From: an uncultured bacterium
GTDB lineage: Bacteria; Patescibacteriota; Minisyncoccia; Phycocordibacterales; UBA9973
Length of the DNA stretch: 64,000 nt
Assembly: GCA_903894955.1 (NCBI GenBank)
Contig: CAITSA010000001.1
Coordinates: 3,769-67,768, forward strand
Direction: 5' to 3'
A program made the translations under genes and the position numbers. This document shows positions 25,744-33,792 of this stretch, one piece after another; positions within the stretch are counted from its first letter, which is position 1, and each line of letters begins with the position of its first letter. The notes under the pieces were generated by a model. It was not told the origin of the DNA. It saw nothing but the letters and a program-made list of their open reading frames with translations, and searched no databases.

Positions 25744-27153
25744 TTATTTCAAAGCAAGTTCCCAAAGGAAAGAATCTTTTTTATTTACAAAAAATAAATA
25801 ATTTTCTCCATCATCAAGCATAGGTTTGATACTATCAAGATCTTCTCCCCTGACAATAGTAGCTGGGTCTGCAATTATGGTTGCATTTTCAGTTTTAATA
25901 TCTATTTTCCAAATTTGATCTGAAAAAGAAACTTCTCCCTGATACCAACTATCTGGATATTGACCACTAGCGATAGATTTCGGTACTCCACAATAAATAG
26001 TATCGCTAGTTTTATTCCAAACACATTTTTCTGCTAATGTTTTTACTCCTAAAATATCAGAAACTTTTGTATCCATGTGATAAACATTAAGTGCCAGATT
26101 ATCATTACTATAAAGGACTAATTTTCCGTCAGGACTGGTTATAGTGGTGAGTCCATTTATTTTACCCAAGACTTGATGAAAGTTATAATTTTTACTATTA
26201 GGGTCCATTACATACATATATCCTGGGACAAGAGATGCAGGCTTGGTGGTAAAGGTAATTATTTTATTGTTTGGAAAAAGTGAAAGCCATTCAGAAAATG
26301 GCGAGCTAAAAACTTGAACCTTTTTATTAGTTAATAAATTTAAAGTTGTACCAATCATATTATCTCCAGAATTGAAAAGATAAAATACACTAAGAGCATC
26401 GCTTGATAGGCTTATGTCTTTTATGTTTTCTGGTAGAAATGTTCCTTTTATTTCATTACTACTCGTGGTATCTGCACCAAGATATTCTTTTGGAAGAGTG
26501 CCAACAAAAGTTATGATGGTTCTGGCATCTTCTTTTAAATATCTCATGACTACAGATTCCCCATTGTTTCCAAAAAATGCTTCGTAAACCATAGGGATAA
26601 TAGTAGTGGAAAATTTCTTTTCTTCTATTTTATCTGCAAAGGTTTGATAAATATTCCCTGTTGCTTTATCCACATATCTTAAAGCTGGCATAAATTCAGT
26701 TAGGGGTGGAGTTGGTTTGGTTGTTTTTTTAGTGGTTGTTTTAGGTGAAGTTGAAGACTCGGAGTTTGTTTGTTCTGAGTTTGCCGAAGGGGTAGAGTCA
26801 GATGAAGGAGTGGCTGTTGAATCAATTGTTGGGGTAACTATTGGAATATCTATTAATCTTTCTTTAGAAAATACAGTAAACCCTGCTATGGGCATGCTTG
26901 AAATCTTTTTTAATTTTACGTTTACTGTTGGTGGCGTAGAATCTGATCCATTATCAGAAATATCGACTGGTGGGGTGGTTGGAGGTGTTGTTGGTTTATT
27001 GTTTTTAAATGGGTTAAATTGTGAAATAAAGTTTGTCCCCATATTATCTCCTCCTGGTCCAGTTGTGCCTTGATTAAAATATAAAAATCCAAAAAATATA
27101 ATTATGGCGATGACTAGGATTATTATTAAAAGTATAAAGTTTCTTTTTGACAT
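25744..27153 (-). CDS. membrane-anchored extracytoplasmic protein, unknown function
   Basis: N-terminal TM (FILLIIILVIAIIIFFGFLYF), Pro/Thr/Ser-rich linker, beta-rich (propeller-like by eye) C-terminal region. Confidence 0.7.
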   Translation of the reverse strand: MSKRNFILLIIILVIAIIIFFGFLYFNQGTTGPGGDNMGTNFISQFNPFKNNKPTTPPTTPPVDISDNGSDSTPPTVNVKLKKISSMPIAGFTVFSKERLIDIPIVTPTIDSTATPSSDSTPSANSEQTNSESSTSPKTTTKKTTKPTPPLTEFMPALRYVDKATGNIYQTFADKIEEKKFSTTIIPMVYEAFFGNNGESVVMRYLKEDARTIITFVGTLPKEYLGADTTSSNEIKGTFLPENIKDISLSSDALSVFYLFNSGDNMIGTTLNLLTNKKVQVFSSPFSEWLSLFPNNKIITFTTKPASLVPGYMYVMDPNSKNYNFHQVLGKINGLTTITSPDGKLVLYSNDNLALNVYHMDTKVSDILGVKTLAEKCVWNKTSDTIYCGVPKSIASGQYPDSWYQGEVSFSDQIWKIDIKTENATIIADPATIVRGEDLDSIKPMLDDGENYLFFVNKKDSFLWELALK

Positions 27154-27159
27154 AAAATG

Positions 27160-28278
27160 TTAAATTATGGATATTGTTGTTCCTGTTTTTATGCAGGGGG
27201 CAAGTAGAGTTAAGTCGTCATTACTCATTCTAATACAACCGTTGGTTGTTCCTAAGGTGTCTTGTTCGTTTCCGTGAAAGCCGATGCCTCTATCGTTGCC
27301 AGAAGAATCTTTTGCGCCAATATTAACAAAAGCAGCACCCAAATTATAACCATTGTTCGAGATAACAGCATTTCCACTGTTCCCCAGCCTTATGTCCCCA
27401 CTTGTAGTAAAAGTTCCTTTTGGAGTTTTACTATCCCCACTCTTTGCTTGGCCAACTTCTGCTACTCCTTTATATCCAAGATTTACTGGAACAGAAACAC
27501 AACTTGATCTGGAACAAAAGCTGGCCTGTTTGGTAGCGGTATTTACTGTAACTTTACTTAATGATGAGCAACTGTTGTTGGCAAAATCAGTAACTCCCGA
27601 ACTAGGAGTTCCACTTAATTTATATCCAGTTCCCACAGAGGCTGTTGTCTGCTCTGTAGCAGCAAAATTTGCCTGGTCTGCAGTTACTGTTACTGTTACA
27701 CTTGTTAAATTTTTTAAACTACTATCAAGCAAATTAGGATTTATTGCGTTAAGAAGGGTCCAAGCACCTAGTGCCAAAAGGAGACCAAAAATTGCATTTC
27801 TAATTCTTTCCTTGCCTGCTTCTTTACTTGAAATCAATTCGCTCGTCATATATTCAATACCACCCACGACAATCATTATTACAGCCAAGACAGCGCAGAT
27901 ACCAATGAAGAGTTTTATCATCATATTTAAATATCCACTAAAAGCACTACTGTCACCTGTTGGGACATTACTCATTGTTCCACCGGCAGGATTGGGTAAT
28001 GGAGCTAAAAGATTATAATTTGAATTTGCTGGAGTTGTTGTTGGAGTTGATGGTGTGTATCCCCCCGTACATCCAGCTGGTGTATAAGCTCCAGTGGGGT
28101 CTACTCCTGTACATGTCACTGTTCCTGTTATTGGCGTTGTTGATGTACATCCATCTGGTGTGGGAGTGTTAGTTACTACATTGAAACCTGTACATGTTTC
28201 GGCCTTTACTTCTCTCATCGGGCCAAAAAACCCGATTGATACGATGAGTATTAAAATGTAAATTGAAATTTTTTTCAT
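27160..28278 (-). CDS. VirB2/TrbC-like pilin segment fused to a YkuD-type L,D-transpeptidase domain
   Basis: Signal peptide. Two-helix hydrophobic hairpin (MIKLFIGICAVLAVIMIVVGGIEY...AIFGLLLALGAWTLLNAI). C-terminal TPKGTF...GFHGNEQDTLGTTNGCIRMSNDDL (H..G..S/T.GC[IV]R motif). Confidence 0.6.
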   Translation of the reverse strand: MKKISIYILILIVSIGFFGPMREVKAETCTGFNVVTNTPTPDGCTSTTPITGTVTCTGVDPTGAYTPAGCTGGYTPSTPTTTPANSNYNLLAPLPNPAGGTMSNVPTGDSSAFSGYLNMMIKLFIGICAVLAVIMIVVGGIEYMTSELISSKEAGKERIRNAIFGLLLALGAWTLLNAINPNLLDSSLKNLTSVTVTVTADQANFAATEQTTASVGTGYKLSGTPSSGVTDFANNSCSSLSKVTVNTATKQASFCSRSSCVSVPVNLGYKGVAEVGQAKSGDSKTPKGTFTTSGDIRLGNSGNAVISNNGYNLGAAFVNIGAKDSSGNDRGIGFHGNEQDTLGTTNGCIRMSNDDLTLLAPCIKTGTTISII

Positions 28279-28283
28279 TTGAT

Positions 28284-29267
28284 TTAAAATTCTATATTAA
28301 TTTCTTTGGTGGCACTCTCGAAAATTTTCTCTGTATTATTAATTTCTAATCTTATATTAGATGTTCCAGAAGTTCCAGTCTGTACTTGGAGTGGCATAGT
28401 ATTTTTCATATAAATCGGAGGATTTACCGTTTCGTCATTAATAAACCAATCCCAGGTAAGGAACGAAATTCTGATGTCGCCCGGCGATATGAAATATGGG
28501 GCGGCTACCAAAATTTCACTGTTTACTATTTTATGGCCATCGTCAAGAGCTTGTTCCCAAAGTGTTCCGAGATTAGTATCATTTTTGTAAAATATAATTT
28601 TTGGTTTTACCGTTCCAATATCCATACTTGCTGTTGAAGAATATTTTTGATCAATAGTTGAAGCAGTTACTCCAATATTATTTGAATCTTCCAAATAATC
28701 ATTTACATAAGTAAAAGAATTCTTTCCATAGCCTGAACCATCTGGATTATTGGAAGAATCTCTCTGCCAACTATAAGTCATGTTTTTAGGGTCTACTAGA
28801 TTAGAGCCTGATTTTATTTCAGGGATAGCAACAACTTTTACCGTACTATCAGGTGAAGGCAACGCCTTTCCTTTATAAAACGGAGGAACATAAGAATCCA
28901 TTGCTTGATAGAGCAAGACCATCACATTAGGCCTTATTGTTATTCTGGTGTCTGTTGCTCCATCTGGGAGAGACACAGTAGCGACAACACTTGTTTCCTC
29001 TCCTGCATTTGGAGCATTAAGAGAAAAAGATTTTTTCCCAATTTCAGATGAAACGTTTTTACCATTTACAGACCAAGAGATTAAAACACTATCTAAGTCG
29101 TAATTATAACTTTTTAAGGTAATATCTACCCCTTCACCAGGGGCTGGGTTTTCTGGTGCTATGTTAACCGAAATTCCAATAGAGGGAACAGCCTTTACTT
29201 TAAAAGGTAAAAAAGTTCCGAATATTATAATTACTGTAATTAAAAATGGTAAAAATTTAAACCTCAT
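28284..29267 (-). CDS. secreted protein, unknown function
   Basis: Signal peptide MRFKFLPFLITVIIIFGTFLPFKVKA; beta-rich. Confidence 0.7.
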   Translation of the reverse strand: MRFKFLPFLITVIIIFGTFLPFKVKAVPSIGISVNIAPENPAPGEGVDITLKSYNYDLDSVLISWSVNGKNVSSEIGKKSFSLNAPNAGEETSVVATVSLPDGATDTRITIRPNVMVLLYQAMDSYVPPFYKGKALPSPDSTVKVVAIPEIKSGSNLVDPKNMTYSWQRDSSNNPDGSGYGKNSFTYVNDYLEDSNNIGVTASTIDQKYSSTASMDIGTVKPKIIFYKNDTNLGTLWEQALDDGHKIVNSEILVAAPYFISPGDIRISFLTWDWFINDETVNPPIYMKNTMPLQVQTGTSGTSNIRLEINNTEKIFESATKEINIEF

Positions 29268-29288
29268 ATTTTAATTGTATCATATCTA

Positions 29289-31163
29289 CTACTTTTCAGT
29301 CACATTTATTGTTTGCCCTGTTGCTGTGGGGGTTTCTTGCTCTTGTTTGGCTTTTTTGTTTAATAATATTTGTGAAGGATCGGAAGTAATGATCTGGTCC
29401 TCGGTATAAGAAGAGACTATTTTTATAGCAACATGTTTTAATCCTGCGAAAAAGATACCTTCCCCTAACCCAGATTCTAAAAGTAAATATTTCTCTTCAT
29501 CAGTGAGATTAAAAGTTTTTTGCAGGATATCAATTGTGGTTGGTGATTGTTTTAAAAGAAGCTGGATAGAGGAATTCGTAATGATTGGTACTCCATAAGG
29601 AGATTTCATGAAGTCGGCTGCGTCTTGGGTAATAGTAGAAAGACCCAAATAATATTTTCGTCCTCTTTTGGCAATAGAGTACAAGAATGAGGCTGTGTCT
29701 TCGGACTTCATCATCCACCAAGCCTCATCTACTACGAGTAAGCGTTTTTTTAAATTTTTGCGTATGGCATTCCAAATATAATGCATAATGATATACATGG
29801 CGACTGGTTTTAATTCGTCTTCCATGTCGCGCACAGAGAATACCACGAACTTTTTATTAATATCTACGTTCGACGGTCTGTTTAAAAAAGTTGCCCAAGA
29901 ACCTCTGGTGTATTTTGCCAATCTAGCAACAACTGAATCACTTCCATCCATTCCAGAGAGCACCATTTCAAGATCTGAAAGAAGAGGAGGTTCAATATTG
30001 AAAAAATCCGATTCCGGAGTTATGTCTTTTATGGCATAAGTTTCAGAGATAGCTCGGTCTACCATTGAATCTTCTTCTGGAGTGAGTCCACCCAACATCA
30101 ATCTGAAAAGACCTACTAAGTTAATGATATTTGAACGCAAGACATCTTCTGCAGTCTCATCTTCGCGAGGGATAGGTAAATCAAATGGGTTTAGATGGTG
30201 GTCTGAAGAAAGTGAAATATTAAAATATCGTCCACCTACTGCTTCAGCTAAAAATTCATATTCTCTTTCTGGGTCGATCACAATGACATCGGTATCAAAC
30301 ATGAGTGACCTTAGAATTTCTAATTTTGTTGCGTAAGATTTTCCAGAACCAGATTTAGCAAAGGTTACGGAGTTGTAATTTTCTAAGGAAAATCTATCAA
30401 AGATAACTAAGCTCGAGTTGTTTCTATTGATACCATAAAGTATTCCTTTATCAGAAGTAAGATTAGAAGAAATAAATGGGAAAACACTCGACAAGGGGTC
30501 AGAATTTAATTTTTGGTGAATATTTAATAAATCTGTTTCTATTGGAATGACGCTTTTGAAACCTTCTTCTTGTTGAAAAAGTGCTGGTTTTATATAGATA
30601 AGTTTTGATTCCAGCATTGATTTTATTTCATTTTCTATCTTGAAAAGTTCGAAATCGTTGTCTGCATAAATCGTGATATAAATACCAACATCAAACATCT
30701 TTTCTTGCGCTTGAATTAAGTTATTACGAAGTTCTTCAAGGTCTTGGTAAGCAGTGTCGAGCATTGGGTCTCGGACCATTCCTTTTGATTCTCGGACATT
30801 TATTTGGCTTTGTACTTCAGCAACTTTTTTCTGAAATTGTCGTAGCATTAAAGAAGTGTCTATTGGGTGAATGAAGATTGAAATATCAAAAATTTTATCC
30901 AAATTAATTATTGGAGAAAACCAATTATCCGTTAAAAATCTAGGATAAGATATTATAAAAAAAGTACGGGCAATTTTGTCACCTAGGTTTATAGATTTCG
31001 GGTCAATTTTTAAGGCTGATGGGGCAATGACATCTTGAAGTTCTAGGTTTGCCGACTCATAAATTTTTTCTGGTAAGACCGCCAAAACAGAAGCCCGAGG
31101 TCCCTCTCCTTCAGTTTCTTTTCCTTTTCCAAATAATTTTTTAATGTCTTCTAAAATACTCAT
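29289..31163 (-). CDS. VirB4/TraC-type T4SS ATPase, ATPase portion
   Basis: Walker A AKSGSGKSYATK, Walker B LLVVDEAWWMM, ...GLSTITQD... Confidence 0.8.
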   Translation of the reverse strand: MSILEDIKKLFGKGKETEGEGPRASVLAVLPEKIYESANLELQDVIAPSALKIDPKSINLGDKIARTFFIISYPRFLTDNWFSPIINLDKIFDISIFIHPIDTSLMLRQFQKKVAEVQSQINVRESKGMVRDPMLDTAYQDLEELRNNLIQAQEKMFDVGIYITIYADNDFELFKIENEIKSMLESKLIYIKPALFQQEEGFKSVIPIETDLLNIHQKLNSDPLSSVFPFISSNLTSDKGILYGINRNNSSLVIFDRFSLENYNSVTFAKSGSGKSYATKLEILRSLMFDTDVIVIDPEREYEFLAEAVGGRYFNISLSSDHHLNPFDLPIPREDETAEDVLRSNIINLVGLFRLMLGGLTPEEDSMVDRAISETYAIKDITPESDFFNIEPPLLSDLEMVLSGMDGSDSVVARLAKYTRGSWATFLNRPSNVDINKKFVVFSVRDMEDELKPVAMYIIMHYIWNAIRKNLKKRLLVVDEAWWMMKSEDTASFLYSIAKRGRKYYLGLSTITQDAADFMKSPYGVPIITNSSIQLLLKQSPTTIDILQKTFNLTDEEKYLLLESGLGEGIFFAGLKHVAIKIVSSYTEDQIITSDPSQILLNKKAKQEQETPTATGQTINVTEK

Positions 31164-31191
31164 ATAATTGTTGTGATGTTAAGCTCGTAGT

Positions 31192-31830
31192 TTACTCTAA
31201 TCTAACTTTTCCTTCTACTTCTCCTGGGTTGAAAACTTTATAAAATACTTCTACCACTTCTTCGGTGCCGAGCTGAGCTGAATTTATACCACAACGGGAG
31301 AGCCCTTGTTGAATAACTGATACCCTTTCTTCTAATTGGGACCTTTTTTCTTCAAAAGCTACCTGTTGAGCTGCCTTTATTTCCGCTTTATTTTTTGAAG
31401 AAAATATTTTGTCGATGATTCCAGAGTCTGATTTTAAGGTGGTATGAGTATAAGGGACTACTATAAAAAAGTTTTTTGTCATAATGGCAACAGAGTCAGT
31501 AAAATTTTTAATAAAGTCTATATATTCTCTGGTTTGTAATTTTAAAAGAGGTTCATTTTGCACTTTGATTCTATTTTCCAAAAGTAAAAGATAAGGTCGA
31601 ATATCAAGCCTTCTTGATTGGATTGATATTTGGATAGAAAAATCTAAAGTATTTAGAAAATTTTGGAATTGCATTATTGTTGCTTGTTGCTCGTCGGTTG
31701 ATTTTAAAGATAAATTTACTGAGTTGGCAAGTACAATTGCTCGGAGCTCGTCGTTTTTTAGCACGACTATTCCATCGCGGACTTCCTTAATAGGTACGAA
31801 TTCTTGAGTTGCTTTTGCATTTAAGGCCAT
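31192..31830 (-). CDS. VirB4 N-terminal-domain-like protein (separate ORF)
   Basis: FVPIKEVRDGIVVLKNDELRAIVLANSVNLSLKSTDEQQATIMQFQNFLNTLDFSIQISIQSRRLDI resembles the N-terminal domain of Gram-positive VirB4 homologues. 28-nt gap to the ATPase ORF. Confidence 0.55.
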   Translation of the reverse strand: MALNAKATQEFVPIKEVRDGIVVLKNDELRAIVLANSVNLSLKSTDEQQATIMQFQNFLNTLDFSIQISIQSRRLDIRPYLLLLENRIKVQNEPLLKLQTREYIDFIKNFTDSVAIMTKNFFIVVPYTHTTLKSDSGIIDKIFSSKNKAEIKAAQQVAFEEKRSQLEERVSVIQQGLSRCGINSAQLGTEEVVEVFYKVFNPGEVEGKVRLE

Positions 31831-31838
31831 ATTATTTA

Positions 31839-32285
31839 TTACTTATTATTCTCTTTTTGTTTACTTAAATCTAATATATCCAAACTCCAAGCTAAATCTC
31901 GTAACTTACTCCCGCTTAACTGGTCGCCTTCTTTTATCATTTGAACTTTATTTGTATTATTATTTTTTTCCCCGCCCGCATCGCCTTGCGAAGCATGGCG
32001 GGCAGGTATACGTTTTTTCCAGATGTAAAGTTTATTTTGGGTAAAATATTTAAAACTTGATTCTAGCATATTCACAAAAGGTTTATTATTTGGTTTATAA
32101 AAAGTAAGGGTTAGAGAAAATCCAGCCATGATTAAAATCGGGATTGCTCCCATCACGAGACCTAATAATTTATACAATACAAAACATAGGCCTGCTCCTC
32201 CTGCCAAGTAAATAAATTCCCTAAAAGTAAAAGGACCAAATATTTTATCTTCAATATCTAAAAATTGTGGAACTTTGAATTGCAT
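31839..32285 (-). CDS. PrgI/VirB3-like small membrane protein
   Basis: MQFKVPQFLDIEDKIFGPFTFREFIYLAGGAG followed by two TM helices; directly upstream of the VirB4 ORFs. Confidence 0.6.
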   Translation of the reverse strand: MQFKVPQFLDIEDKIFGPFTFREFIYLAGGAGLCFVLYKLLGLVMGAIPILIMAGFSLTLTFYKPNNKPFVNMLESSFKYFTQNKLYIWKKRIPARHASQGDAGGEKNNNTNKVQMIKEGDQLSGSKLRDLAWSLDILDLSKQKENNK

Positions 32286-32566
32286 CCCGTTAGAGATAGG
32301 AAGCGCCTAATCTATTTTTAAGATAACGCTTGCCCATTCCTGATTTTAAAAATAACTCTCTCGACCTCGCTTTACTTTTTAATAAGCACCCTTCGTAGTA
32401 TATCAAAATAAATGGGCCTCGTCCTTTCGTATATGTAGATAAACCTTTATTGTGCTGACTTAGGCGCTTTCGTAGGTCTTGCGTATATCCCGTATAAATT
32501 TTACCGTCCTTCTTACTTTTTAAGATATATGTGTAATAAAACATAAGTGATCTCTAACGGGATGCA
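32281..32566 (-). mobile_element. GIY-YIG gene cassette bounded by 17-bp perfect inverted repeats
   Basis: TGCATCCCGTTAGAGAT (32281-32297) and ATCTCTAACGGGATGCA (32550-32566) are exact reverse complements. Between them lies only the GIY-YIG ORF. Confidence 0.65.
32290..32544 (-). CDS. GIY-YIG nuclease-domain protein (short, UPF0213-like)
   Basis: YYTYILKSKKDGKIYTGYTQDLRKRLSQHNKG; 84 aa. Confidence 0.8.
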   Translation of the reverse strand: MFYYTYILKSKKDGKIYTGYTQDLRKRLSQHNKGLSTYTKGRGPFILIYYEGCLLKSKARSRELFLKSGMGKRYLKNRLGASYL

Positions 32567-32569
32567 TGA

Positions 32570-33190
32570 TTATTCATCTGGTGACAAACGATATGGATCT
32601 GCCTTAGGTGGATAAGAGGCAGCAGATGTTAGATTTTTCAACGAGTGCTCAGTTTCTACTACCTCATTTTTAACATAACCAGATAATTTTTGGGCTAAGA
32701 TTGGAGGGGGAGTTGGTAACTCTGTTTTTTTAGGTTCATTTATTGGTGATGTGGGGATAATTTCAATTCCAGCAGAACTTAATATTTTAGCATTATTTTC
32801 TGCTTCTTCTTTAGTCTCAGGGATTTCTTCTGGCCCTTGTTTTTCTACAGATACTTTTTTATTTTCAATAATTTTAATTAAATTTTCTTTTATTTTTACA
32901 AAAACTCGGTCATTCATTTCTTTTACTAAATCATTAACTTCACTTTTTTGGAGTTTTAGCCTTTTTTCTATTTCTTTTGAATAGTTTTCAGGGATAATAA
33001 GCCCACAAAGCACTAATTCTGTTTCAATTTCTAGATCTTCTAATTGTTCGAAACTGTATCCTTTTTTCTCTCTCATTCCTAAAACCACTGATTTCCAATC
33101 AACGGCGTTGATAGCATTTTGGGTATCTTCCGGCAACCCTGCTTTTGCTTTCTCAATTTTTATTTGTAGTAAATCTTTTGTATCGTTCAT
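32570..33190 (-). CDS. hypothetical protein, paralogue of 33223-33786
   Basis: Shared N-terminal ~110-aa domain (..NAINAVDWKSVV...LEIETELVLCGLI.PENYSKEIE / ..DVINTFGWEKIT...FQVETLLILTGLEDPNSYAKNIE). Pro-rich tail. Confidence 0.7.
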   Translation of the reverse strand: MNDTKDLLQIKIEKAKAGLPEDTQNAINAVDWKSVVLGMREKKGYSFEQLEDLEIETELVLCGLIIPENYSKEIEKRLKLQKSEVNDLVKEMNDRVFVKIKENLIKIIENKKVSVEKQGPEEIPETKEEAENNAKILSSAGIEIIPTSPINEPKKTELPTPPPILAQKLSGYVKNEVVETEHSLKNLTSAASYPPKADPYRLSPDE

Positions 33191-33222
33191 ATCATTATTA
33201 TACCTTATGTTAATAATTTATT

Positions 33223-33786
33223 TTACTTTGGCGCAGAACTTGTTGGTGAAGGTTTCACTCCTTCGTTCATATCAGTGATTTTGGTTTTTTGACTATTGGC
33301 TCTTATGTCAACCAGTCTTGGGGTAATCATTGGAGAAGTAGGTGTTTTGTTTGTTTCTATAGATTCAGGAGTAGTTTCCCTTTCTACTATAAAAGCGGAA
33401 TAGTCTCCACCGGATAGGATAAAATTAAGATTTTGTTCCGTGTTTGACGTCATAAACACCCAACCCTTTTTAACATTTTGTATTAGAAGATCGTTAATTG
33501 GAGTAAATATTTTTTGTACAACTTCGTTGGTTATTTTTTCAGCTTCGTCTTTACTGGTACCAACATTGCTTTCAATATTTTTTGCATATGAATTTGGATC
33601 TTCCAAGCCAGTTAAAATTAAAAGGGTTTCAACTTGAAAATTAGTTAATTTACTTTCGTTAAGTGAATACTCTCTACCAACTTCTTCTGTTATTTTTTCC
33701 CAGCCAAAAGTATTAATCACATCTTGATTTTCTTTTGATAATTTTCCAACTTCTTCTTTAATTGTTTGTTTTAATTTACCAGTCAT
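33223..33786 (-). CDS. hypothetical protein, paralogue of 32570-33190
   Basis: See the partner entry above. Confidence 0.7.
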   Translation of the reverse strand: MTGKLKQTIKEEVGKLSKENQDVINTFGWEKITEEVGREYSLNESKLTNFQVETLLILTGLEDPNSYAKNIESNVGTSKDEAEKITNEVVQKIFTPINDLLIQNVKKGWVFMTSNTEQNLNFILSGGDYSAFIVERETTPESIETNKTPTSPMITPRLVDIRANSQKTKITDMNEGVKPSPTSSAPK

Positions 33787-33792
33787 AATTTT

